From: an uncultured bacterium
Lineage (GTDB): Bacteria > Actinomycetota > UBA4738 > HRBIN12
DNA: 30,579 nt
Assembly: GCA_937881155.1 (NCBI GenBank)
Contig: CALGFI010000037.1
Span: 1-30,579, forward strand
Direction of reading: 5' to 3'
Part shown: piece by piece, positions 17,049 to 27,990 of the stretch
Position numbering within the stretch: position 1 is the first letter of the stretch
Layout of the letters: every line of letters begins with the position of its first letter
Made by a program: the position numbers and the translations under genes
The notes under the pieces: generated by a model
Told to the model about the DNA's origin: nothing
The model's database searches: none
What the model saw: only the letters and a program-made list of their open reading frames with translations

Positions 17049-17261
17049 TTTCTCGTCGAGCTCCGGCAGGGAGAGCGGATCAGGCCGAGGTGTGCATGCT
17101 CCGCAGTACAGCGCGTCCTCGACGATGAGTGCCTGCGTCACATCGCCGGGCTTGAACAGATCGACCACGTACGGGAGGGTCTCCACGTGGTCGGCGCAGA
17201 TGCCTCGACCGCAGAACCGACAGCTCCCCACGGCGGTCTTCCGACAGTGCCAGCAATCCAT
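17043..17261 (-). CDS. 72-aa Cys/His-rich zinc-finger protein (DUF2180-like pattern)
   Basis: CWHC..AVGSCRFCGRGICADH..CGAC (7 Cys and 2 His); SD GAGGAGG overlapping the upstream stop codon. Confidence 0.8.
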   Translation of the reverse strand: MDCWHCRKTAVGSCRFCGRGICADHVETLPYVVDLFKPGDVTQALIVEDALYCGACTPRPDPLSLPELDEKM

Positions 17262-17275
17262 CGGGTGGTCCCTCC

Positions 17276-19444
17276 TCAGTGCTCAGCTGTGCGCTCGATC
17301 GGAGCCGCGGACACGGCGCCCCGGCGGAAGATGCCGGCTACGACTTCATCGAACCCCTCGCGGTCGAGCTCGAACACGCGCATCGGCGTTCGGGCGACCA
17401 CGGAGGCCGTGCGGGGGATGTCCATGAGCAACGCGAGCTCGCCGAAATGCTCCCCCGCGCCGAGCGACCGGATGGCCTCGTCGTCCTGGAGCACCTCCGC
17501 GCGTCCGGACCCGATCACGTAGAACGCATCTCCCTGGTCGCCCTGCTCCACGAGGACCTCATCGGGAGCGACGCTGATCCATCGACCACGACTGAGCAAC
17601 TCGGCGATCGATGCCGACCCGAGCGACGCGAACGGTGGGAGGGACCGAAGCTCCGCGGCTTGGTGAAGCGTCGGAGCGAATTCAGGAAGGTTGACGCTGT
17701 CGCTCAGTAGGCGGTCGAACGTGCTCTCGTCGATCTCGAACAGCTCGGCGTCATCGACCGGACGAACGGTCGCCGACCGCCGGGCACCGTCGACCAGGCC
17801 GAGCTCACCGAACATGTCACCTCGCTCCAGGGTTCGGATGACGTTGTCCTTGCCGGTGTTCTCGTCTTCCTCGACCACCTCGAGCTTTCCCCGTCGGACC
17901 ACGTAGAACGCATGCGGTCGATCTCCCTGTCGAAATACGGGCTTGCCGCCCGGATATCGCTTCAGCTCGACGCGTCCCGCGAGGTCGGACAGCACATCCT
18001 CCGGTAGGTCCTCGAACATCGGCGAGCTGTCGATGAGCTCGGCCGCCTCGACGCGCCACCCCGTTTGGAGCTTGAACCGCAGCGCGTCGATCCACCCCCC
18101 GATCTTCTTCGCGACTGATCGCGCGAGCTTGATGACGCCACGGATCGCAGGACCCGCAACGAACAGGGCGAGCGCCACGAGGAGGAGACGGCCGAAGACC
18201 CCGCCATCCCACAGCGAGGAGATGAGACCACCGAAGATCGTCTCCCAGAAGAAGAACGCCGTGAAGACGGACAGGACGGTGAACGCGACGCCGACGATGC
18301 CATAGAGCGCCAGCCCGACCTCCTGCTTCGTCATACGCTCACGCCGGCGCAGCTTCCGCCACAGGTCATACCGGATGAAGCGCAAGGATCGCGGACGGAG
18401 ATCCGGAACCTGGATGACGTCGGCCAGGATGAAGTAGCCGTCGAGCTCGAGCAGTGGGATGAGGTTCATGAAGATGACGAAATAGTTGATGACCGCCCAG
18501 GTGAACAGGAACGGTGAGATCGCCGCGTCCGGGAACGCCCAGATGAAGATCGCGGCGATCCCGGAGAAGATGAGCTCTGCGTATGGTCCCGCGAAGGACT
18601 GGGCGATCCGCTCCCGGCGGTCGAGCATCAGCACCTCGGACGATTCGATGAAGAAGACGGGAGACCCGAAATAGATCATGAAACCGGCGCTCTTCACCTT
18701 GCGTCCGTAGTGGACCAGGACGACGGCGTGACCGAGCTCGTGGATGAAGGTCAGGACGTAGTCCATCCCCAACAGGACGAACGTCTGGGCCGCAGCCGAT
18801 CCGCCGCCGAGCTCGAAGCGACCGCTTCGGTACACGGCCGCGAAGGCGACCAAACCGAGAGCGGCCACGATTGCCGCGGCGATCCCCAGCGCCGGCGTGA
18901 AGAAGAAGCGAACGAAGCGCCGGTACAGCCAGTCGACGAGCCGGTGCGCTCCGGCCCAGTCGACGGAGAGCGTATTGACGAACTCGCGGGTCTTCGCCCG
19001 CGCCAGCGACGCCGGGTGCGCCGCCCGGTCCACGATCTCCCGAGCGTCGACGTACCGGTCGGTGAGGAAGTTCCCCACGCGCAGCTCGCGGACGAGATCG
19101 GCAACGCCCTCCAGCTCCATGTCGCCCGATTCCTGGAACCGCTCGACGACGATCTCGCCGACGGTCCGCGTTCCGTCCATCAGCTCGAGGAGCGGAACGT
19201 CGCTCAACGACAGCTGGTAGTGCAGGAGCTCCGTCGGGTTGGCGATCATCGCGTAGTCGTTGCCCCAACGAAGCTTGAACGTCTTGACCTCGACGTCGGG
19301 TCGGAGCTGCGGGCGGTACGTGGCCGGGTCGAGCCGCTCCGACAGCCTCGACCAGATCCCGCCTTCATGGTCTTGCTCCGGGGCTCTGGCGATCGCACCA
19401 CGTACGGCCCCGAAGACGCCACGCTCGCTCAGCGCCTCGGTCAC
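17276..19444 (-). CDS. RRE(PqqD-like)-M50 intramembrane metalloprotease with two C-terminal cyclic-nucleotide-binding domains
   Basis: aa ~45-127: three predicted strands plus helices with LLELMDGTRTVGEI. HELGH at aa 235 (18728-18742), AGP, NLIPLLELDG at aa 327-336, several TM helices. CNB motifs FRQGD..FGELGL..RRSATV and VEQGD..FGELAL..PRTASV. Confidence 0.88.
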   Translation of the reverse strand: MTEALSERGVFGAVRGAIARAPEQDHEGGIWSRLSERLDPATYRPQLRPDVEVKTFKLRWGNDYAMIANPTELLHYQLSLSDVPLLELMDGTRTVGEIVVERFQESGDMELEGVADLVRELRVGNFLTDRYVDAREIVDRAAHPASLARAKTREFVNTLSVDWAGAHRLVDWLYRRFVRFFFTPALGIAAAIVAALGLVAFAAVYRSGRFELGGGSAAAQTFVLLGMDYVLTFIHELGHAVVLVHYGRKVKSAGFMIYFGSPVFFIESSEVLMLDRRERIAQSFAGPYAELIFSGIAAIFIWAFPDAAISPFLFTWAVINYFVIFMNLIPLLELDGYFILADVIQVPDLRPRSLRFIRYDLWRKLRRRERMTKQEVGLALYGIVGVAFTVLSVFTAFFFWETIFGGLISSLWDGGVFGRLLLVALALFVAGPAIRGVIKLARSVAKKIGGWIDALRFKLQTGWRVEAAELIDSSPMFEDLPEDVLSDLAGRVELKRYPGGKPVFRQGDRPHAFYVVRRGKLEVVEEDENTGKDNVIRTLERGDMFGELGLVDGARRSATVRPVDDAELFEIDESTFDRLLSDSVNLPEFAPTLHQAAELRSLPPFASLGSASIAELLSRGRWISVAPDEVLVEQGDQGDAFYVIGSGRAEVLQDDEAIRSLGAGEHFGELALLMDIPRTASVVARTPMRVFELDREGFDEVVAGIFRRGAVSAAPIERTAEH

Positions 19445-19602
19445 GGGTCCGGATCCCTTCGGGCGCGTTCTGCCTCCAGCCGCCTCCGAATCACGTCGTA
19501 GACCGACTGTCGTGGGCGCGCGCGTCGTTTCTGCGCGTACAGGTTGCCCGCCACGGCACCGACCAGGACGATCAGCGCCAACGCCGCGAGCACGCCCTCC
19601 AC
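19441..19602 (-). CDS. 53-aa single-pass membrane protein with basic tail
   Basis: TTGCAC-18-CAAGAT-6-GTG (leaderless start). TM VLAALALIVLVGAVAGNLY, then an Arg-rich tail. Its stop overlaps the protease start (GTGA). Confidence 0.65.
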   Translation of the reverse strand: MEGVLAALALIVLVGAVAGNLYAQKRRARPRQSVYDVIRRRLEAERARRDPDP

Positions 19603-19746
19603 CCGGGCATCTTGGGCCCCTCCGTCGTTCCGGTGCAACGCGAGGGGGCGCGGTGTCGGATTCACGGCCCGGTCACATCACCGTCTCCGGCGCGACACAC
19701 CGAAGGGTTAGCGTCCAGTGTGCCAAGAGGCATGCGCCCCTCTGGA

Positions 19747-19780
19747 GCGGGGAGCCGGCCGCGAAGGGCCGGCTCCCCGC
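19747..19780 (-). terminator. Strong hairpin downstream of the HemK-like gene
   Basis: Perfect 14-bp stem gcggggagccggcc/ggccggctccccgc. Confidence 0.65.
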
Positions 19781-19820
19781 GCCCCCTCCGCCCCACCCAG
19801 TCGGTCCGACGGCAGCCGTT

Positions 19821-20681
19821 TCAGGGCGACCGACCGACGAGCACGCGCGTCACCTTGAACCCGCGATCCATCGTGCTCCGTACATCACGGAACCCAGTTC
19901 GCTGCAACACGGAGCGCACGGCGCGAGCGCGATCGGGACTCACCTCGATCAGCAGCCAGCCGCCCGGACGTAGCCACGCCGGCGCCTCGGTCGTGCTCCG
20001 TTCCACGATTCGCAGTCCATCGGGACTCCGGTCGGTGAGCGTATGCGCCGGCTCCCACCGTCGGATCTCCTCGGGCAACTCGCGGAGCTCCGACCTGGCG
20101 ACATAGGGCGGGTGCAAGGTCACGACGTCTACGCCGCCGCGGAGGTGCTTCGGCAGCCCGCCGAACAGATCACCGACCACGAACGTCGCTGGGAGGCGGA
20201 GCTTGCGCGCATTTGCCCGTGCGACCCGGATCGCTTCGGGGGAGATGTCGGTGCCGTAGACGCGGGCGCGCCGAACCTCGTTCACAACGGCCAGCGCGAT
20301 GCCCCCTCCGCCGGTCGCAACGTCCACGAGCACCGGTTGTCTCCTGCGACGCACCCGTCGAACGGCCTGCTCTGCGAGGAACTCCGTCGAGTCGCGTGGG
20401 ACGAACACGCCCGGCCGAGCGAGGACTTCCAAACCACGGAAGATCGCGTACCCCTTGATCAGCTGGACCGGCTCGCCCTTCGCGCGACGCTCGATCATCC
20501 GCTCGAAGCGACGCCGGGCGCCCGGGGAGACCTCGGTGTCGCGGTCGAAGTCCTCAGTACCGATCGCGTGCCCGAGCAGGTCTTCGGCCTCGATGAGCTC
20601 GCGATCTCGTTGCCAGTGATCGATCGCCGGGGAAGCCTTGAGTGTCTTGACGGCCTCGTCGACGAGATCCCCGGCGTTCAC
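19821..20681 (-). CDS. HemK/PrmC-like SAM-dependent methyltransferase (HPPY variant)
   Basis: RRAKGEPVQLIKG, GVFVPRDSTE, VDVATGGGGIAL, TDIS, GDLF, HPPY, EP..L..DG. TAGGTT lies 8 nt before GTG 20681. No prfA nearby, so the prmC symbol is withheld. Confidence 0.85.
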   Translation of the reverse strand: MNAGDLVDEAVKTLKASPAIDHWQRDRELIEAEDLLGHAIGTEDFDRDTEVSPGARRRFERMIERRAKGEPVQLIKGYAIFRGLEVLARPGVFVPRDSTEFLAEQAVRRVRRRRQPVLVDVATGGGGIALAVVNEVRRARVYGTDISPEAIRVARANARKLRLPATFVVGDLFGGLPKHLRGGVDVVTLHPPYVARSELRELPEEIRRWEPAHTLTDRSPDGLRIVERSTTEAPAWLRPGGWLLIEVSPDRARAVRSVLQRTGFRDVRSTMDRGFKVTRVLVGRSP

Positions 20682-20756
20682 GGGCGTGCAACCTACCAGG
20701 CGGTCTGCGGGATCCGCGGACGGGGTCAGTGGCTCGTCGCGTGCGACAATCGCCTG

Positions 20757-21122
20757 GTGAGCGCGGCGCCGAAACACAAGCCGAAAGCGCGAGGAAAGCG
20801 GACCCCCAAGGAAGAGGTCCGGCTCACCGGCGACCGGATCGTCGTCGAGAACCCGGAGGACGGCGAACGCAAGACGCGGGCCGGGCTGCTCATCCCGGCC
20901 ACGGCGGCGCCCGCGCCGAAGCGTTGCGTCTGGGGCGAGGTCGCGCTCGTTGGTCCTGACGTCCGCGCCGTTCGTGCCGGCGACCGCATCCTCTACCTGC
21001 CGCAGGCCGGTCTGGAGGTCGAGCTCGATGGGCGCGAGTACCTGCTCCTGCGCGAGCGCGATGTCCAGGCGATCGCGTCTCCCGCGAACGGCCGGGAGGC
21101 GCAACCGGGCCAGTACCTGTAG
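20757..21122 (+). CDS. GroES-like co-chaperonin paralogue (actinobacterial stand-alone type)
   Basis: GDRIVV, ERKTRAGLLIPATA, VGPDV..V..GDRILY, YLLLRERDV, C-terminal GQYL. GACAAT lies 6 nt before the GTG. Confidence 0.85.
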   Translation: MSAAPKHKPKARGKRTPKEEVRLTGDRIVVENPEDGERKTRAGLLIPATAAPAPKRCVWGEVALVGPDVRAVRAGDRILYLPQAGLEVELDGREYLLLRERDVQAIASPANGREAQPGQYL

Positions 21123-21132
21123 CTCGCTGGGG

Positions 21133-21537
21133 TCAGCCGCTCAGGAACGACAGCCGCACTCGGCGCGTGTCGTTCTCGTGGTTCGGATCGACGAGGACGA
21201 TCCGCTGCCACGTGCCGAGCGACACTCGCCCGCTCTGGACCGAGAGGACCAGTGACGGAGACACGAGGATGGGCAGCAGGTGATCGCCGCCGTGTCCGAC
21301 CGAGCCGTGACGGTGCGCGTATCGGTCGTCGCGCGGCAGCAGCCGCTGGAGCAGCTCCTCGAGGTCTTCCTCCGATCCCGATCCCGTCTCCATCAGCGCG
21401 AGACCCGCCGTCGCGTGCGGCGCGAACACGTGGAGCAATCCGTCGCCGCCGGAGCTCGACGCGAACGCCGCGACCCGATCGGTGATGTCCACGACTCGAC
21501 GGCCGTGCGTGTCGAGACTGAACTCCTCGACGTTCAC
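21133..21537 (-). CDS. yjbQ: YjbQ/UPF0047 family protein
   Basis: HATAGL, Y.HRHG..GH..DH, LGTWQ.I.LVD motifs; GTGA overlap with the upstream gene. Confidence 0.9.
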   Translation of the reverse strand: MNVEEFSLDTHGRRVVDITDRVAAFASSSGGDGLLHVFAPHATAGLALMETGSGSEEDLEELLQRLLPRDDRYAHRHGSVGHGGDHLLPILVSPSLVLSVQSGRVSLGTWQRIVLVDPNHENDTRRVRLSFLSG

Positions 21538-22094
21538 ACGGTCGGGCCGGGGTCGCTCGCGGCGATCTGTATCGACGATGGCACCTCATCGGCCTGGACT
21601 CGCGCCGCCGCGAGTTGCACGCCGGCGCCGACGACGGCGATGACGCCCCCGGCGATCACCACGTACAGGCCGATGCCCATGGAGATACCGATCTGCCCGC
21701 TGTCGATCAGCACGTCGAGGAGCGCTCGGAGCTCCTGGAACGAGACGCTCGTCGCCATCGCCGTTTCCTCTGCCACGCTGTCGAGGGCGCTGTCGGTGAG
21801 CGTCAGCGCGTCGAACAGGCCGAAACCGACACCGAAGGCGCCCACGATGCCCGCTGCTACGGCCAGCGGGCGTTGCGGTGCCGTCGTTGCCGCGATTCCC
21901 ACCGCGACGACCACGAGACCCGCCACGACCGTGACCCAGCCGTCAGTCATGTCCACGCCAGAAACGACCTCGCTCTGTCCGGCGCCGGAGAACTCCGCCC
22001 ACGACAGGAACGAGCCGATCACGAGCAGCGCGCCGCCGACGATCGCGAGGATCGCGCCGATCGGCGCTCGCGGTGGGGTCGTCTCTTCGCTCAC
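21534..22094 (-). CDS. Hypothetical membrane protein (about 4 TM)
   Basis: SD GGAGGT before GTG 22094; G..LL.IGSFLSWA and further hydrophobic segments. Confidence 0.75.
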   Translation of the reverse strand: MSEETTPPRAPIGAILAIVGGALLVIGSFLSWAEFSGAGQSEVVSGVDMTDGWVTVVAGLVVVAVGIAATTAPQRPLAVAAGIVGAFGVGFGLFDALTLTDSALDSVAEETAMATSVSFQELRALLDVLIDSGQIGISMGIGLYVVIAGGVIAVVGAGVQLAAARVQADEVPSSIQIAASDPGPTV

Positions 22095-22174
22095 GCGGAA
22101 CCTCCGATCGTCCGGTCGGGCCATCCTTCCATCGCCCCCGAAGCGCGCGCAACGCTCGCGGCCTCCGAGATCGG

Positions 22175-22203
22175 TTGACGTATGTCTGTAATCATGTAAT
22201 TCT
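22175..22203 (+). promoter_or_regulatory. Sigma70-type leaderless promoter overlapped by a TGTAAT direct repeat
   Basis: TTGACG-17 nt-(TGt)AATTCT-6 nt-ATG 22210; TGTAATcaTGTAAT at 22187-22200. Confidence 0.6.
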
Positions 22204-22209
22204 CGGGCC

Positions 22210-22734
22210 ATGAGACGATCATCATCCAGCGATGAGTTGCAAGGCTGGTTCGCCGGGCGCGTGCCGTCCGAGTGGTTCGTCGGATCGCCCGATGTAACGG
22301 CGGATCGCGAAGAGATCCTCGTCGTCGGGATGCTGTCGGATCCCGAGCTTCCCGAGGGCGCGACGCCCGAGGCGACGGCGGCGGCACGGCTGTCGCGGAT
22401 CGAGGGGTTCCGGGAAGACACGCGGGAACGCAGGATGGGCATCGCCGACGAGGCCCAGCATCGGTTCGGCCGGCGGGTCTCGTGGGGAGCGCGGTGCGGT
22501 GACGACCGCAAGCTGTTCACGACGGTGAGCGCGCCCGCCATGACACGCCTCAGGATGCCCGAACGCCGCGTGCTCGACACGCTCGTCGACGCAGGCGTCG
22601 CCCGCTCGCGCAGTCACGCGCTCGCGTGGTGCGTCCGGCTGGTTGCCGACAAGCAGGACGAGTGGCTGAAGGACCTTCGCCAAGCCCTCACGGACGTGGA
22701 GAAGGTTCGCGGGGAAGGCCCGGCGAACGTCTGA
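22210..22734 (+). CDS. Conserved actinobacterial hypothetical protein with a possible C-terminal ribbon-helix-helix-like motif
   Basis: Promoter directly upstream; high GC3; C-terminal PAMTRLRMPERRVLDTLVDAGVARSRSHALAWCVRLV. Confidence 0.75.
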   Translation: MRRSSSSDELQGWFAGRVPSEWFVGSPDVTADREEILVVGMLSDPELPEGATPEATAAARLSRIEGFREDTRERRMGIADEAQHRFGRRVSWGARCGDDRKLFTTVSAPAMTRLRMPERRVLDTLVDAGVARSRSHALAWCVRLVADKQDEWLKDLRQALTDVEKVRGEGPANV

Positions 22735-22755
22735 GGGGTCGCGGCTCGCCGGAAG

Positions 22756-22950
22756 CTACAAGACGGTGTCGGCGTCGATCGCCATCCGGTAGAGGCGCTC
22801 AGTGCCCTCGTACAGGACGACCTCCTGGACGCCGGTCTCTTGTAGGTCGGGCCAGCACGCGCCGATCCAGGCCTCTGCCGACTCCGCGTCGGGGAACCGG
22901 GGGGAGCGACCGAGCTCCTGCCCCAAATGATCCAGGTAGCTCCAGAACAT
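22756..22950 (-). CDS. Small hypothetical protein (64 aa)
   Basis: TGATG coupling with the upstream ORF. W.Y.D..G..F....AE.W....W..L...GV..V.L resembles a small actinobacterial family (from memory). Confidence 0.65.
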   Translation of the reverse strand: MFWSYLDHLGQELGRSPRFPDAESAEAWIGACWPDLQETGVQEVVLYEGTERLYRMAIDADTVL

Positions 22951-23159
22951 CACGCCCGCCGGATCGACACCATCATGTTCACGGCCCTACTCACCACGAC
23001 GCGCTCCCCTTCCTTCAAATCCCCAGGAATAGATTCGGCTCCCAGCCGTCCGGACTCAACCAGCCCATCGGGGTATTCGACGGTCACGTCCACGTAGGGC
23101 GACCCGTGGATCTGCAACCCACGGACCTCCCTCACGATTCCCTGTCGCTCGCCGAGCAC
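22950..23159 (-). CDS. Small hypothetical beta-rich (OB-fold-like) protein (69 aa)
   Basis: TAGCCT-8 nt-GTG 23159; alternating hydrophobic pattern; coupled to the downstream ORF. Confidence 0.55.
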   Translation of the reverse strand: MLGERQGIVREVRGLQIHGSPYVDVTVEYPDGLVESGRLGAESIPGDLKEGERVVVSRAVNMMVSIRRA

Positions 23160-23220
23160 GAAGGCGAAGGCTAGCGCAGCCAGGAAGGACCGAACACCCA
23201 AACCGACGACCGCCGCACTG

Positions 23221-23622
23221 TCAGCCCGACGGCGCCGCGTCCCGTTCGAGCGCGCCGCGTTCGTCCTGGGTGAGCGGTCGAGAGCGAAGCGTCGCGGGAT
23301 CGCGCGGCACGATCACCGACTCCGCCACGGCGGACAACGAACCATCGCGACGAACGATCTCCTCTCGCGTCCGGATGCTCGCGCGTCCCACCGACGCCAG
23401 CGAGCATCGAACGAGGACCCGCTCGTCGTCCTGCGTCAGTTCCTGCTTGTAGTCGATCGCCACGCGCGCGAGCACGAAGTGCCACGTATCGGTGACCGTT
23501 CCGAGCATCTCTTGGACCCACGCGTCGCGCGCTTCCTCCAGGTACGTCAGGTAGACGGCGTTGTTCACGTGGCCGTACGCGTCCATGTCGCGCCAGCGGA
23601 TCGCGATGGTCCGTTCGAGCAT
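23221..23622 (-). CDS. Acyl-CoA thioesterase (4HBT/YbgC hotdog family)
   Basis: IRWRDMDAYGHVNNAVYLTYLEEAR motif. Confidence 0.93.
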   Translation of the reverse strand: MLERTIAIRWRDMDAYGHVNNAVYLTYLEEARDAWVQEMLGTVTDTWHFVLARVAIDYKQELTQDDERVLVRCSLASVGRASIRTREEIVRRDGSLSAVAESVIVPRDPATLRSRPLTQDERGALERDAAPSG

Positions 23623-23849
23623 CAGTCGATCCGGTCCACCTGCAGGCCGATGTCCGCGAGCCAGCTCACGGCGTCGGCGATTCGGTCGTTGTCACCCTCG
23701 ACCTCGACGATGATCCAGCCGCCGCGTTCCTCGTCGAGGTTCGCCCGGCGGATGTTGGTGACCAGACCGAACTCCGTTCCCATCCGATGGATGACGGGCT
23801 CCGAGATGAGGTGCTCGGAGAACGTGAGATGAAGGCGAGCCTTCGACAT
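23622..23849 (-). CDS. Stand-alone NIL domain protein
   Basis: LTFSE...EPVI..M..EFGLVTNIRRA, GWIIVEVEG, L...G.QV. CAGGAT lies 7 nt before the ATG; TGATG overlap with the thioesterase. Confidence 0.85.
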   Translation of the reverse strand: MSKARLHLTFSEHLISEPVIHRMGTEFGLVTNIRRANLDEERGGWIIVEVEGDNDRIADAVSWLADIGLQVDRID

Positions 23850-23914
23850 CGCGGCAATCCTGACAGAAGCCCGGCGCCGCACGTCTTGGAACCAACCCAG
23901 GCGATTGAATGAGC

Positions 23915-23945
23915 GACGGCCCCGGAACGGGATCCCGGGGCCGTC
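23915..23945 (-). terminator. groEL terminator hairpin
   Basis: 11-bp stem gacggccccgg/ccggggccgtc about 55 nt after the groEL stop. Confidence 0.7.
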
Positions 23946-24000
23946 ACATCGGAGAGAGGGGGCTCCTCACTGAGGGATTCGTCGAGGAGCCCGCGTCGGT

Positions 24001-25623
<1,623 letters not shown>

Positions 25624-25707
25624 CTCCTGCCCTCCTCCGGTTTCTTCGGGGGCCGGCCTGGTCTGTCGCGGCCCCTCACCCGACCTACGGCTCGACGGCC
25701 CCGACTG

Positions 25708-25734
25708 CTAGCACTCGGGGCCTTCGAGTGCTAG
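25708..25734. promoter_or_regulatory. CIRCE element (HrcA operator)
   Basis: CTAGCACTC-N9-GAGTGCTAG, against the consensus TTAGCACTC-N9-GAGTGCTAA. Confidence 0.93.
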
Positions 25735-25738
25735 CGAA

Positions 25739-25767
25739 ATCCTAGCGACGACCGCCGGACCTGGCAA
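25739..25767 (-). promoter_or_regulatory. groEL sigma70-type promoter
   Basis: TTGCCA-17 nt-TAGGAT immediately upstream of the CIRCE element. Confidence 0.8.
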
Positions 25768-25837
25768 GGCGCCGGTCGCGGCGTCGGCTAAGTCGCGGGC
25801 CGGCAGCGAGCGTGGGTGGTTCGGGGAGCCTTTCCGG

Positions 25838-27805
<1,968 letters not shown>

Positions 27806-27990
27806 CTTGACCAGAACCCCCTCGTTGGGCGAGCCAGGCGCATCGTACGGCGGCCGGCCGAGACCGGGCCAACCGGCTCCGTGCCTGAGGTGACATGCTG
27901 GGTACTTGCATCCGTGCCTGGGAGAGGAAAGCATCGTGCCTAGAGGCCGCCATGGGCGGCCTCGAAGCCTGTTTGGGAAGGAGGCCCGCC

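Noticed and set aside
16761-19444. Known RiPP class (daptide, epipeptide/Yyd, lanthipeptide, lasso peptide)
   Set aside because: No dehydrogenase/aminotransferase, radical SAM, LanM/LanB or lasso cyclase gene is in the operon, and the peptide ends in Lys rather than Thr. moaA and kamA have their own explanations.
19661-19682. TCAC direct repeats / Crp half-site or PHO-box-like repeat upstream of the protease operon
   Set aside because: Only one good half-site with no inverted partner at N6 spacing; too weak to call.
19821-21104. Apparent 427-aa HemK and 359-aa GroES ORFs (possible fusions)
   Set aside because: The extensions are antisense read-through of each other; the real starts are 20681 (-) and 20757 (+).
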